DNA of 61,396 nt, filler included. It is 3 parts of 3 records of this genome, joined end to end, with 100 filler letters (N's around TTAATTAATTAA, not from the genome) between each part and the next. Parts side by side here need not be neighbours in the genome. Positions count along the whole stretch, not along the records: positions 1 to 25,740 come from SRR20825019_3129; positions 25,841 to 41,530 come from SRR20825019_3130; 1 more part is not named here. The stretch is one strand, 5' to 3'. Below are positions 23,790 through 34,699 of this stretch, piece after piece. Positions within the stretch are counted from its first letter, which is position 1. Every line of letters begins with the position of its first letter. A program made the position numbers and the translations under genes. The notes under the pieces were generated by a model. The model did no database searches. It saw only the letters and a program-made list of their open reading frames with translations, and had not been told where the DNA came from.

Positions 23790-24974
23790 GTGACGGACCA
23801 TCACGAAAACTCTGTAGCCAGCACCCGCAAAGTGACTTTCGCCATCGTGGCCGGAGAGGCGTCAGGAGATATCCTCGGCGCCGGTCTGATCCGTTCCCTG
23901 CGGCTCAGGTATCCGAACGCGCGGTTTGTCGGCATTGGTGGCGATGAAATGATCGCGGAAGGCTTCCACTCTCTCGTTCCTATGGAACGGCTGTCAGTGA
24001 TGGGGCTCGTCGAAGTGCTCGGGCGAATACGGGAGCTGTTCGATATTCGCGCACGGCTGATGAACTACCTGCTGGCGACACCGCCGGACGTCGTCATTGG
24101 TATCGACTCCCCGGACTTTACCCTGGGTATTGAGCGCAGGTGTCGTGATGCCGGTATTCCGACCGCCCATTATGTTAGCCCGTCCGTCTGGGCCTGGCGG
24201 CAAAAGCGGATCTTCACGATCGCCAAATCTGTCAACCTTATGCTTACCCTGTTCCCGTTTGAGGCCCGTTTCTACGAAGAGCACGGCGTGCCCGTGGCCT
24301 TTGTAGGGCACCCCCTGGCGGACCGCATTCCAATGATGCCTGATACAGCTGGTGCCCGTCAGTCCCTGGGGCTTCTGGAAGATGCGCCGGTGCTGGCCAT
24401 TCTTCCGGGGAGCCGGGGCGGGGAAGTGGAGCGCCTGGGTACTCTTTTTCTGGAGGCCGCCCGTTGGATCCAGGGCAGGCGTCCGGATTTGCAACTGGTG
24501 ATTCCTTGCGTAAACCGGGATCGGGAAAAGCAGGTTCGGGCACTGGTAGACGCCCTGGACGTGAAACTGGCGGTGACCATTGTGCGAGGCCGTTCGAGAG
24601 AGGTGATGGCATCGTCCGACGTGGTATTGCTTGCGTCCGGAACCGCCACTCTGGAAGCCATGTTGCTGAAGAAGCCCATGGTGGTGGGTTACCGGTTGAG
24701 TCGTGTCAGCTATGCATTGGTCTCAAGGCTGGTCAAGGTGCCTTATGTGGCCTTGCCAAACCTGCTGGCCAAGGAACAACTGGTTCCGGAACTATTGCAG
24801 GATGATGCTTCGCCCGAGTCTCTCGGAGAAGCCGTGCTTGAGCGCCTTGAAAATGAATCCGAACGCGCCCGGTTGACAGCCGCTTTTTCACAATTGCATG
24901 AACAGTTGCGACAGGGGGCTGACGAGCAGTCTGCTGCAGCCATCTCCGCATTGATAGAAGGCGGAACAGTATGA
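23790..24974 (+). CDS. lpxB: Lipid-A-disaccharide synthase (start uncertain, 23778 or 23790)
   Basis: [36 protein letters not shown]. Confidence 0.95.
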   Translation: MTDHHENSVASTRKVTFAIVAGEASGDILGAGLIRSLRLRYPNARFVGIGGDEMIAEGFHSLVPMERLSVMGLVEVLGRIRELFDIRARLMNYLLATPPDVVIGIDSPDFTLGIERRCRDAGIPTAHYVSPSVWAWRQKRIFTIAKSVNLMLTLFPFEARFYEEHGVPVAFVGHPLADRIPMMPDTAGARQSLGLLEDAPVLAILPGSRGGEVERLGTLFLEAARWIQGRRPDLQLVIPCVNRDREKQVRALVDALDVKLAVTIVRGRSREVMASSDVVLLASGTATLEAMLLKKPMVVGYRLSRVSYALVSRLVKVPYVALPNLLAKEQLVPELLQDDASPESLGEAVLERLENESERARLTAAFSQLHEQLRQGADEQSAAAISALIEGGTV

Positions 24975-25648
24975 GTAAGCGCCCCTTACCGCCGTTTGAG
25001 TGCCAATATCAGGGGCGACTATTGGCCGGTGTGGACGAAGTGGGACGCGGGCCGTTGGTTGGGGCTGTGGTGACGGCCGCGGTTATCCTGAACCCGGAAA
25101 AGCCAATACCGGGCCTGGCAGATTCGAAAAAGCTGACGGACAAGCGCCGTGAGGCTCTTTACGAGCAGATCATTGAGCGTGCAGTATCCTGGAGCCTGGG
25201 GCGCTGTGAGGCCGATGAGATTGACAGGCTGAACATCTTCCAGGCAACGATGGTGGCTATGGAGCGTGCCGTGGCGGGCCTGCATGTCGAGCCGGAATAT
25301 GTACTGGTGGACGGTAACCGCTGCCCCAAATGGCGTTGGACCTCTGAGCCAGTGGTGAAGGGCGACAGCCGGGTGGAGGCCATCAGTGCGGCGTCCATTG
25401 TCGCCAAGGTGACTCGTGACAGGGAGATGGCTGTGCTCCATGAGGAATTCCCTGAGTACGGCTTTGCAGGCCACAAGGGTTATCCGACGCCCGTACACCT
25501 CGAAGCGCTTGGTAGATTGGGTGCAACCGCTCACCATCGTCGCTCATTCCGCCCGGTTCAGGAAGCGATTGATGCCGTGGGTTTGTACAGCCGCGACGCG
25601 GATCAGGAACTGCAATATCCTGGCGACTTGTTTGAAAATATCGATTGA
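24971..25648 (+). CDS. rnhB: Ribonuclease HII
   Basis: [37 protein letters not shown]. Confidence 0.97.
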   Translation: MSKRPLPPFECQYQGRLLAGVDEVGRGPLVGAVVTAAVILNPEKPIPGLADSKKLTDKRREALYEQIIERAVSWSLGRCEADEIDRLNIFQATMVAMERAVAGLHVEPEYVLVDGNRCPKWRWTSEPVVKGDSRVEAISAASIVAKVTRDREMAVLHEEFPEYGFAGHKGYPTPVHLEALGRLGATAHHRRSFRPVQEAIDAVGLYSRDADQELQYPGDLFENID

Positions 25649-25673
25649 CAGGCTCCGGTCGAATCCTTAGTAT
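25645..25673 (+). promoter_or_regulatory. Sigma70 promoter for the downstream tRNA, overlapping the rnhB stop codon
   Basis: TTGACA (25645-50), 17 nt, TAGTAT (25668-73), then a GC-rich discriminator ACGCGC. Confidence 0.8.
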
Positions 25674-25718
25674 ACGCGCACGTTGATCGGGGGGAACCCC
25701 GGTAAACAACCAGTTTGA

Positions 25719-25740
25719 TGCGGGGTGGAGCAGTCTGGTA
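25719..25740 (+). tRNA. 5' fragment of tRNA-fMet, cut by contig end
   Basis: TGCGGGGTGGAGCAGTCTGGTA matches the acceptor stem and D-arm of bacterial initiator tRNA. The anticodon is not visible. Confidence 0.75.
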
Positions 25741-25840
25741 NNNNNNNNNNNNNNNNNNNNNNNNNNNNNNNNNNNNNNNNNNNNTTAATTAATTAANNNN
25801 NNNNNNNNNNNNNNNNNNNNNNNNNNNNNNNNNNNNNNNN
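25741..25840. other. Artificial contig-joining spacer
   Basis: 44 N + TTAATTAATTAA (stops in all six frames) + 44 N. The organism changes across it. Confidence 0.98.
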
Positions 25841-26741
25841 CCCCCCCCCCCCCCCCCCCCCCGGCGCGCCGACCGTCCCCCTCCCTCTCGCTGGCAGGCT
25901 GCGCCTAAGGGCCCTCACCTCCTCAGTCGGCCAATCCTGCTAACCATAATCAGGTTGATGAATCATCACGGACAACCGCACGGGCCCATTGGCATGGCAT
26001 GCTGATGAATCTGACGCGTGTGACAGTGGGTCGGTGAGGTGAGGGCACCCGTGGGCCGGCTGATCAGACGCAGCGATGTCATGATAGCAGTCGGCAGGTT
26101 TTCGGCGAGATTGAGGTTGGTATTGGGCCCTGATGCCACCACCAACCCGAGTGTGAGGAGACCCGAGATCGAGTCATGCCGCCCTCAGCACCACCACCGC
26201 TGACGGCAATCAACGCAAGTCCCGTAAGTCCGCCCCTCCGCCCAGCAGGTACGCTACCTTACTTAAATTCCGGTCGCAACTCCGCGACCTATCTGGATGC
26301 GCCCTCAGCCACGAACTTCGACATGTTCATGAGGAGGAATCTGCCCTATATAACATTGATACAACCGTCAGTTTCGTTGTAAAGGCACTAATGTGATTAT
26401 AGGAAGGAAACGACGGTTGGAAAATATCATCCAATGAGAACGCCCATCATGATTCCGGCCCGGCCGCGGCCCGACGCAATTGGCCCGCCCGTGACGACGC
26501 TCGACCCCAACCCCACCGCAAAGGGCTGGGCACCGCCGACCCACACAGGTCGCACCGCGACCGCATGCAACAATCCGATTGCCTCCTAAGCGTAATGTTT
26601 TCTTTTCTCAGTCTCGGCTCAGCCATGGTGGCAAGCTCGTGTGTCAACGGTAAAACCTGTTCGCCTGTGCTACTTCTTGGTTTGGTTTAAGTCAAAGTTG
26701 TGAGGAGCCTTGTGTTACATCAACAACCAGGGGTAGACAAT

Positions 26742-27561
26742 ATGGGGGAGGAAGGAAAGAAGACCCGCCGGGGAAAGCGTAAGCACCAGACCGATGGCTC
26801 CGCAGAAGGGAGGGATAAGGCAACAATGGCTGCCACGGAGGGGTCACCAGCAAAGAAACAGAAGGAGAAATTGGATACCCCCGAAACAGCCCCAGAAATG
26901 GAGGTAGAAGCAAAATCGGCCACTATGTCCCCTGACAAGCCATCCAAGAAAAAAAAGACCAAGACACCCAAGGGGCCCACTGCACACTTGACCAAATGGG
27001 CGGAGAATTTCAAATGTAAGTGACCTTGCCCTTCTTTTGCTGAGTAACTGACGGTTGTTGAAAAAGTGGAAAATGATGAAGAAGAAGGGGAGAAGGAAAG
27101 CCGGGCACGTAAAGAGGCACTCGAGTATTTAAAACTGTGGACAGATAATAGAGATGAGTGGAAATTCAAGAAGGTACGGCAGACATGGCTGCTGCTTCAT
27201 ATGTATGATCCATTTAAGGTGAAGATGGGCACATGACTCATAATTTCGTTGTTATTCACAAGTTCGTTCGCAACAGATGAATAAGGACGACTTCAAATTG
27301 TTGTTGCCATACATTGAAAGTTTGCAGGGAAGGAGCAAACAAACCACTTTTGACGAGGCAAAGAAAATAGTGGAGGAACCTGACCTTGACGATGGCTCGA
27401 ACAACCCTAGTCTCAGCGAAGATGAGGTATAGAGAAGAAGCGCATCTTTTCAGTCGTGACTAATTACCTTGCAGAAAAAGGAGAAAGAGCGCGAAGCGAA
27501 AATTGCGAGGAACAAAAAGAAACGAGCATTACAGATTCTTCGAGCAGTTGCCGTGGGGTGA
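26742..27561 (+). CDS. Eukaryotic WKF-domain (C7orf50/YCR016W-like) protein, 4 exons
   Basis: Removing GT-AG introns 27016-27066, 27219-27276 and 27427-27474 gives one frame: Lys-rich N-terminus, then ALEYLKLW...[17 protein letters not shown]...[13 protein letters not shown]. Confidence 0.85.
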
Positions 27562-27599
27562 AATGTTAAAAACGTTGAGAAATTCAGATGGCAAGTTGG

Positions 27600-30500
27600 T
27601 TACATATTGACCTCCGCGCGTTGTTCCACAATTTTTTTCGCCAGTGTTGACATTTTGGACGCGTGCTGGTATTCGCGACTATCACTGCGGAGTAACGTCA
27701 CACTTCGCGAAAGCAGGTTGGCAGTTGATTCAATGGGCGGTGGCACCATGCTATCTTTTGCCTTGGACACAGAACAGACCCATTGAACAAGGTCGGCGGA
27801 GTGCGCGGATAGGAATAGCATGCCTGCTGTGGAGTTCTGTAATCGTCTCAAGATAATGGCAAGACGTCGACGGCCTACTGTCATCATTGCGACACCAACA
27901 GAGTGAGAATCTTCAACATTGCGGAGAATCTCCTCGGCGAGGTAGTCCTTATCATTCTCATAGAGCCAGCGGATATGCTCCCTCCGCAACACGTCACGCC
28001 CTAGGCCCCACTCTTCCGCCAGTTCAAAGGCACAGGCCTGGTCAAACTGCATCATGCGTACTGCGAGTTTGCTACGCAGGTTTGCCAGCTCGGGAGGAGT
28101 GTCCTTGTTCTTGTCATCGTCGGGATCAATCTCTTCAAGTTCGGGAAAAGCCGATGATCGCGCTGCGGCCATCACATCGAGTAGCTCAGAGCCATCAGCG
28201 AAGTAATCTAGGGGCTCTGCAAAGCGAATGTCGAAGGAGAATATGCCGTGCAGGATATTAAGGATAGCCATCACACTTCCGGTGGAACCGCCATCAAATC
28301 GGAGCCCACGCACTGCTTCCACCGCTCGCGACAGCGTGAAATCTTTGCTATCTTTTAAGGAAGGTCCACCAGCACTATCTTCATCTGTCTTGGTACTCAA
28401 CGCCTTCGCAATGACCCGAAGGTGCATCCGGCTGGTGTCAACCCAAACTTTCATGTCACCATGAACTAGCCCCATCACTTGGTCAACAACACGATGGCGC
28501 GCAGGCTTATTATGCAAGAGTGTAACTAGCTTTCGCCGCGTAAATTGGCCCCAAGCGCACAAGGCCATTCCTCCTTGCAGGTCACCATTTTGCACCATAC
28601 CCAGCCAAGACATTGCTTGTTTGTATAGAGCAACGTTCCCATCAGCTTCGCATCTGGCCATAAGCTCCCATGCACAATGGGCAGCCAGTTGATCTGGTGA
28701 CACCCTGTCACCGAAACGCGCCTGAAGCCTTTCCATAGGATCTGACTCCTTTGCACCTCCTTGGGGTGACCGAGGACGCGTCCGCGTCTCCGAAATCCAG
28801 CCTCCTTCTTCCACAGTCACATCAGTAACATTTGACTTCTTAATGAGAGCGGGCCACGTCCATGTGCTTGTGCCGTCAACAATATGAGCAGCAATCGCCT
28901 GTGACAGAGTTGGCATCATGTCGATAAGGTGAGGCGACAAAGAGCTGGTGCTCTGATGGGGAACAACACTCCATATATGTAAAATGTCCTCCAACACTTG
29001 CATGTGAGCGCGCCACTTGCTCTCGGATATGGTCAAGGGAAGATAACTTGGGTTTCCATCCTTGATGCAAGTATCTGCAACAATAGAGATCAATACACTA
29101 GCGTGTCCGACCTGAATAGACGACATCGTTCGACGATACAGCAATGCCTCGATGTCATTATTTGGCATCCACTTTGAGAACCATCGCTTCAGCTTGGCTG
29201 GGCCCACTTCTAAAACGGACCTCAGAGGTTCCGCAAAGTACCAGTCCAAAAACAATGAGAACAGGTCTACCACTGCCACTGGCAATCTTTTGATCGCGTT
29301 CGCAAGCTCTTCCACCGAACCAGTCGAGCACTGCAGGAGACCCTTGAAAAGCGCCTGTACCAGCACAGTGCGGTCGGATGGCTCCATATCGGAACGAACT
29401 TTCACCTCGGAGCCGTTGATCGTGAACATCCGCAGGAACAGGGTCGGTGTCATACTCTCAATTGCTTTCGTGCTGGCGCTGGGTGCACTTGAGTTTCCAA
29501 GGGCAGAGTGTCCTCGAGCCAGGGGTGACGGTCCACTTTCCCAAGCGGAGGTAGCGTGGCGTGGTGGGGATGGACCATCTTCAACAAGTGAATTGCTGCG
29601 GTTAAGAGCTCTGGGTGTTCCTGTAGCCCTTGCAGTGGCGGCAGCGCCTGGGTCATTCAGCCTGGCCCCTAGGCCCATCATCTGTTCCAAACGTGCTCCC
29701 ATTTCCCACACTAAGTCATTTGTTTCATCCTCTTGACCTCGATCTAATGCTCGCGATGCTTCGACAATATCTGCATAAGCTCCCACAAGCTTCAGTCTTT
29801 CGTCAAGCACCCTTCGCAACTCATCAAGGGAGCTGTTCTGAACTATATTGGGGGAAGGGTTATTGTCTGCGGCCTTCTTGGCAGACGCGATGGCATCAAG
29901 ACCAGCCTTTGTGCAACTCTCGAGAAGGTCTTGAGAAATCCAAGGCGGAAGGCGATCTAGACACCTCTGGATTGAATTGGCACTCTTCATCGACGACAGC
30001 AACTCAATTAACTGGTCTTGGCCTTGATCAGCGCGCTTTTGAGCCGCCTTGTCGTTAGTGGGCACACTTCCCGTGTCAACAGACTGATCGGACTGATCTG
30101 CACCTGGATCCGCCTCCTCCGCTTCTCCTTCCTCTTCATCTTCCAGTCTCATCAGTTTGACAATTGCATTGAACCTACGGACTGAAACGTCATCAAAGTT
30201 CGCTTGTGCCGATTGAGAGGCAATGTGATGCTGGGTGATGACAGCATCTTTTACGGCGAAAAGATCTCCATTCTTTCGCATGAAGACGATTTTCTGCATG
30301 TGAGGCACAGGAACGGGAGAGCCAAAGGGGAGGTTACTTGGCATCATGATACATTCCGACCCAATATTGAAAGCTAGAACACGTCCTCCGCGCCTCATCT
30401 TCCACACTTCGACCAATCCGCGTCGCGGAGCATATATCACCAGAAATGTGCTCAACAGACGGTCTTGTTCCTGTTGGCTCTTCCGCGTGCGGATACCGGC

Positions 30501-31743
30501 TCCAACAGGATTCGCAGAATCTTTCATGGGCATAGGCACGGGGGCCTGGAGAAAGCAGCACTGGGCGTCACGGTAGCCTTTGAATATGTTCATCACAAAG
30601 CCATCGACGATGTCCACAACCAACACACGCCCAAGTGTATCCGTACATGCGGCCAGTGAACCAGTTGGATCTAGCTGAATTCTTGTCAGAGTTCTTGACC
30701 CATCCGAATTTTCAAATATATGGTCCATTTTAACCGACTTCTGCTTTGGTTGAGCCTACAAACACACGTGTTAACATGGCCTCGCCCCCCACACTCCACG
30801 ACCGTACCTCTCCTGGATTTCCTGTGCTCGTTCGTGCCTGTGGGTTGGCATCGGCACGAGACATAATATTCTTTGCAAGACCGCTCGCGAGGCCAAACAT
30901 TGACGATGCAACCTTTGTCGCTACAGTTCCCACCAGAGCCGCGGTAGACATCTCGCCATCCTCTTTGCCAGCTTCGTAGTACGATAACATCGGCCCGTCA
31001 CCAGCAGCGATGATCTTGTATGACGAACATGTTCGTTCGGCATCAAACATACTCGCCTGGTATAGGCCGCAGCATATTACATCTGTAGTTCTCTCCTGGC
31101 CAGAGAGTTGCCACAGGCGGTACTCCAACGGGCATTCCACGGCTTCGCCACGGTCAACCATGGCAAGGCCATTCCTCAAGAACCCATGCAAGAAGGAGCC
31201 ATCAATCCTGGCGAGCATGTCCGAGTATACCACAAGGAGTTCCTCGGTTCTTTCAGGCATGCGCCTATAGCCGCTTGCAAGGGTTCGTACCTTGAAGGCA
31301 AGCACTGGCGCCCTGTACAGCACTTGGGTCCATATCTGCACCCCGGACTCCGTGTACATTCGGATGTTTCCTTGTGACGTGCCGATAATCAGTACCGATC
31401 TCTCTGCCATCCGAGACCGAAGACCTGTCGTTGCGGCGGCCCCAGGCAGCCATTCTAGGGCCTCCACGTTCTCCTGAGCCCCAAACGCATCCGTGATTGC
31501 CACGACCTCGCCTCCCTCTCCCAGGTGCACGATGGCCACAAGCCCTTTCCTCGCGCAAGCAAAATATGCCCCATTGTGAGACACTGCTGTCTTGCACGCC
31601 TGGTACCAGAGCTCCTTGACTTCGTCCCCGCTTTCATCCTCAAGACCAGGCCACACACACCTGTGGTTCGGGTCCACAGTTTTCGCCAGTCTATGCAGAG
31701 GAAGCGCTCCTATCTGCGAGAGCACGGCTCCTGCCGCGACCAT
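27600..31743 (-). CDS. RAB3GAP2: Rab3 GTPase-activating protein non-catalytic subunit (RAB3GAP2-like), 2 exons, ~1363 aa
   Basis: A 52-nt intron at 30756-30807 (GTACGG...TTTGTAG) joins ORF 30730..31743 in frame to 27600..30728. Motifs TDTLGRVLVVD...FKGYRDAQ and FLVIYAPRRGLVEVW. Confidence 0.85.
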
Positions 31744-31920
31744 TTCGCAACCTTGGATCTAGATGGGATGATGTGAACCATATTTTTCTCTTTCGAAGTC
31801 AGGCAAGATTCCGGCTGATACGAATGGTCGAACGGAAGTGGAGCACGTGGCCCGTCGTCCTCCGTTGGCCAGGCAGTGCACTCCAATTCGGTTCTGGGCG
31901 TTCACGGTATGAGTTACTAG

Positions 31921-32890
31921 TCTGGTCGCCGAGTCGCCTCCGGGGACCGGACCGGACGGACCCGCCTGAGTGGACCAGTGAGGGTCGGAGTGCGGCTGGC
32001 TCCGGCTTGGCCCCACCGGGCCGAGCCTCGGAGCCGCCGGCGGGCGGCCACTTACTCTCAGCCGGGGCTGCCGGCCGGGCTCCGGCCAGTGATCCGCCGG
32101 CGGCCGCGGTGCCCCAGGCCAGGTCAGCCGGCGGGCCCGTCCTGGTGGGTCCAGCGCGGCCCGGCCAAGTCAAGTGTCAAGTCACGTACCAACCAAGCGG
32201 ACCGTAGGGGACCGTGCGGTCCCGTCCGGCCGGGGACTGCAGGCCGCGGCTGAGTCTCATCAATGCAGCCCCGGGGTCCTCCCCGGGCCGCTCCCGTCCG
32301 GCCCCACCGTCCGACCCGCCACGCGACCGACCTCGTCGTCGGTCATCCGGCGCGGCGATGAAATCATCAGTGCGGCTCAGACAAACCGCCTCGAGGCGCC
32401 GGTCAGTACTGACCCGCTGGCATCCGTAGACCGACTGCGAACTTAACCACAGTCACGGAGTCGGAGGAAGCCCGTTGACCGCGGCTCAGGACCCGGGCGT
32501 CGCCGAGTCGAATCAAACGAACCGTGTGCCCTTGACCGGAACGAACTACGCCAGCCCGGCCCGGGGATCGCACCATGGTTCAGTTGCTGAACCGGCCGCC
32601 CCGGACTGAGTGATGAGAGTAGTGGGCCGGCGGTTGTCAGGCTGATCAACCACGGCCGCCGACAGCGCCGGGGCGGGCGGGCGGCCCGGCCCGCGCTGGC
32701 CCCCTGGGCGGTCAGTGGCCGCGGGCCGCGGTCAGTGGCCCGGCCCATCCCCCGGCCGGCTGAGGCCCCGTGCACGGTCCGGTCCGGCGGGGCCCGCGAA
32801 CCGGTTTGCCGGGCCCGGCCGGGCCGGCGGTCTTGGAGCCAACCCTGTTCACTTGTTTGATGGCACAGCGGCCCGGCCGTGTGCGAAGTC
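31921..32890. promoter_or_regulatory. GC/CCGG-rich intergenic island between divergent genes (putative bidirectional promoter)
   Basis: Abrupt GC rise, about 40 CCGG by hand count and only Pro/Arg/Gly/Ala junk ORFs. Lies between starts at 31743(-) and 33113(+). Confidence 0.55.
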
Positions 32891-33112
32891 GGTCCAGTCG
32901 TGCGCGCCCAGACTGAGACCCACCCATTGGCTGGGAAGGTCAATCCTGTGGTTTGTCCATGTTGTCCGTTCTATCGCTGCTTTGTCAAGGCTTGTTACGA
33001 TTTGACCTAGTGTTCGACCGAGGCGTAGTGCCGACCACCTGAGAAGGAATTCACGCCGAAGTTGTGCAGTGGTATAGGAATATGACATTTTTTCCGTTTA
33101 GAACAGCTTAAC

Positions 33113-34393
33113 ATGAGTAGCTTTAACATTTTAAGAGTTGTGGCAGTGCTTGTGCTGGCATCTGTCCCATCGAGCAGGTGCACGGACCAATCAAATGTAG
33201 ACACTGGTTACCATTGTGGCGGAGACTGTCCTCTGCCGCCACAGCTCCCGCTGGAAAAACCACTTCCTCTGATACAACGCCAAGGTGCGCTCTCCACGGA
33301 CTGGTGACAACCCGCTTTTGACAATGTTTTCAGCGAGAAAGTCCATGTTAATAGACTATACAATACAGTACAATGATGCTGCTGCGCAAAAGCGACTTTG
33401 CGTGGACTTTCATGGGGAAGGGGACAAGAATCCAGGGGCCTGGTTTGGGTTGGATGTGAAGGAGGTGTCTAGTGACACATCCTTGAGGGCAAGTGGTTTC
33501 ATCGAAGCAACCATTGACGCCGGTTGTAGTCACATTATGCTGGCAAGTGCAGTAAATAGTACGGACATGTGCCCAGTCAGGGTGCCGTTACAGCAGGTAT
33601 GGCCTTGCTAAACCGGGATAATTGTGACGATCTTACTTCTTGTACAGGGGGCATCGGCTTGCTCCAACACTGCCTTATCGAATCGAGTCTCTTTAGAGGC
33701 ATCACCCGCGTCACACCTTGAAGGTGTGCTGCCGTCGGGTGAAGCTGGCCATACTGCCCCACTATCTGTGAACTTGTATGTGGAAGTCGTGATGTTGTCA
33801 ACAATGCCATGCCCAACTCTTGACCGGCGGGCCCTCGGGATGGCTATTCCTGTTGATGTCCAAGTGAGGAAGAAGTGTGGCGGACTCTGTGGCCCTGAAG
33901 GCCCGTGCAACGATGGGTGGTATGTCATTTCTGTTTATTGTATCTCGTTTCTCACTGACAGGCGGCCTTCGGCAGGGCTTATGCGCTGCAAATGCCTGAG
34001 CAACACCACTGTCGTGTGATATGTGAAAATTCACTCCACAAGGCCATGAATAGTACTGATCCCTGTGTGTCCGGATGCGAGTGTGCTCAGACGATCCTAG
34101 TGGATTGATCTAAAGACTCTGCCATCTAATGTGAAGAGGCTCAAACAAATCATTGAAGAGCAGGTATACCAGAGTCTACAGATGCGTAGTGAGTTCGCCA
34201 GATCAGCACCATCAAAACGAGTAAGAGTTGATACATTGAGGCCTTCAGAGAATGCCACTCTCTTTCCTCAGTCTCGGTACTTCGTGTGAGCACCCTCCAC
34301 CTGAGCCTATGGCTCTATGTGCTAAGATTGGCGGGATCCGATGGGAATCTTGTGGTGTTTACCACTTCAGTAGCATCGGTGCGGACAGGCTGA
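33113..34393 (+). CDS. Putative secreted Cys-rich protein, multi-exon (3' end uncertain: 34019, 34108 or ~34393)
   Basis: Signal-peptide-like MSSFNILRVVAVLVLASVPSSRC. Frame-preserving introns at 33285-33333 and 33597-33647, and a probable intron from 33920. Later exons are ambiguous. Confidence 0.55.
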
Positions 34394-34699
34394 CTTCAAC
34401 GAAGATGAACAAATTCGTCCCTACTTCACTGTACAGTGATGTGTGCGAACTGTGGGCAGCACCTTCCACGTTTAAATAATGAACATCAAGGGTATGGCAT
34501 TAAAAGTTTTACAGTATCGGGCGTAGAAGAGACAATCTATCTGCAAGCGAGTTGGCGATGGCGGTCACCGGTTTGACAAAGCACAAACAGTGATGACGTC
34601 GGACGCCCAGAATGTGTTCAAGGTGTCCGGCCGATACAGCATATCTCTTCAACTTGGCTTATACAGTACAAAGTGCTTCCGAATCCTGAGCGTGGGATG

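Noticed and set aside
25785..25796. TTAATTAATTAA palindrome as a biological site (also 41575-41586)
   Set aside because: It is embedded symmetrically in N runs and identical at both joins, so it is a six-frame-stop assembly linker.
25841..25862. 22-nt poly-C as a telomere or G-quadruplex element
   Set aside because: A pure homopolymer at the contig edge with no telomeric repeat unit; it is most simply an assembly break or sequencing artefact.
26376..26390. Minus-strand GCCTTTAC resembling U5 snRNA loop 1
   Set aside because: It is one U short of the invariant GCCUUUUAC and is not centred in a closing stem.
31759..33005. Many overlapping Pro/Arg/Gly/Ala-rich ORFs in the GC islands (also 34590-35343 and 38533-39401)
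   Set aside because: They are open on both strands only because stop codons are rare at very high GC, and they show no domain-like pattern.
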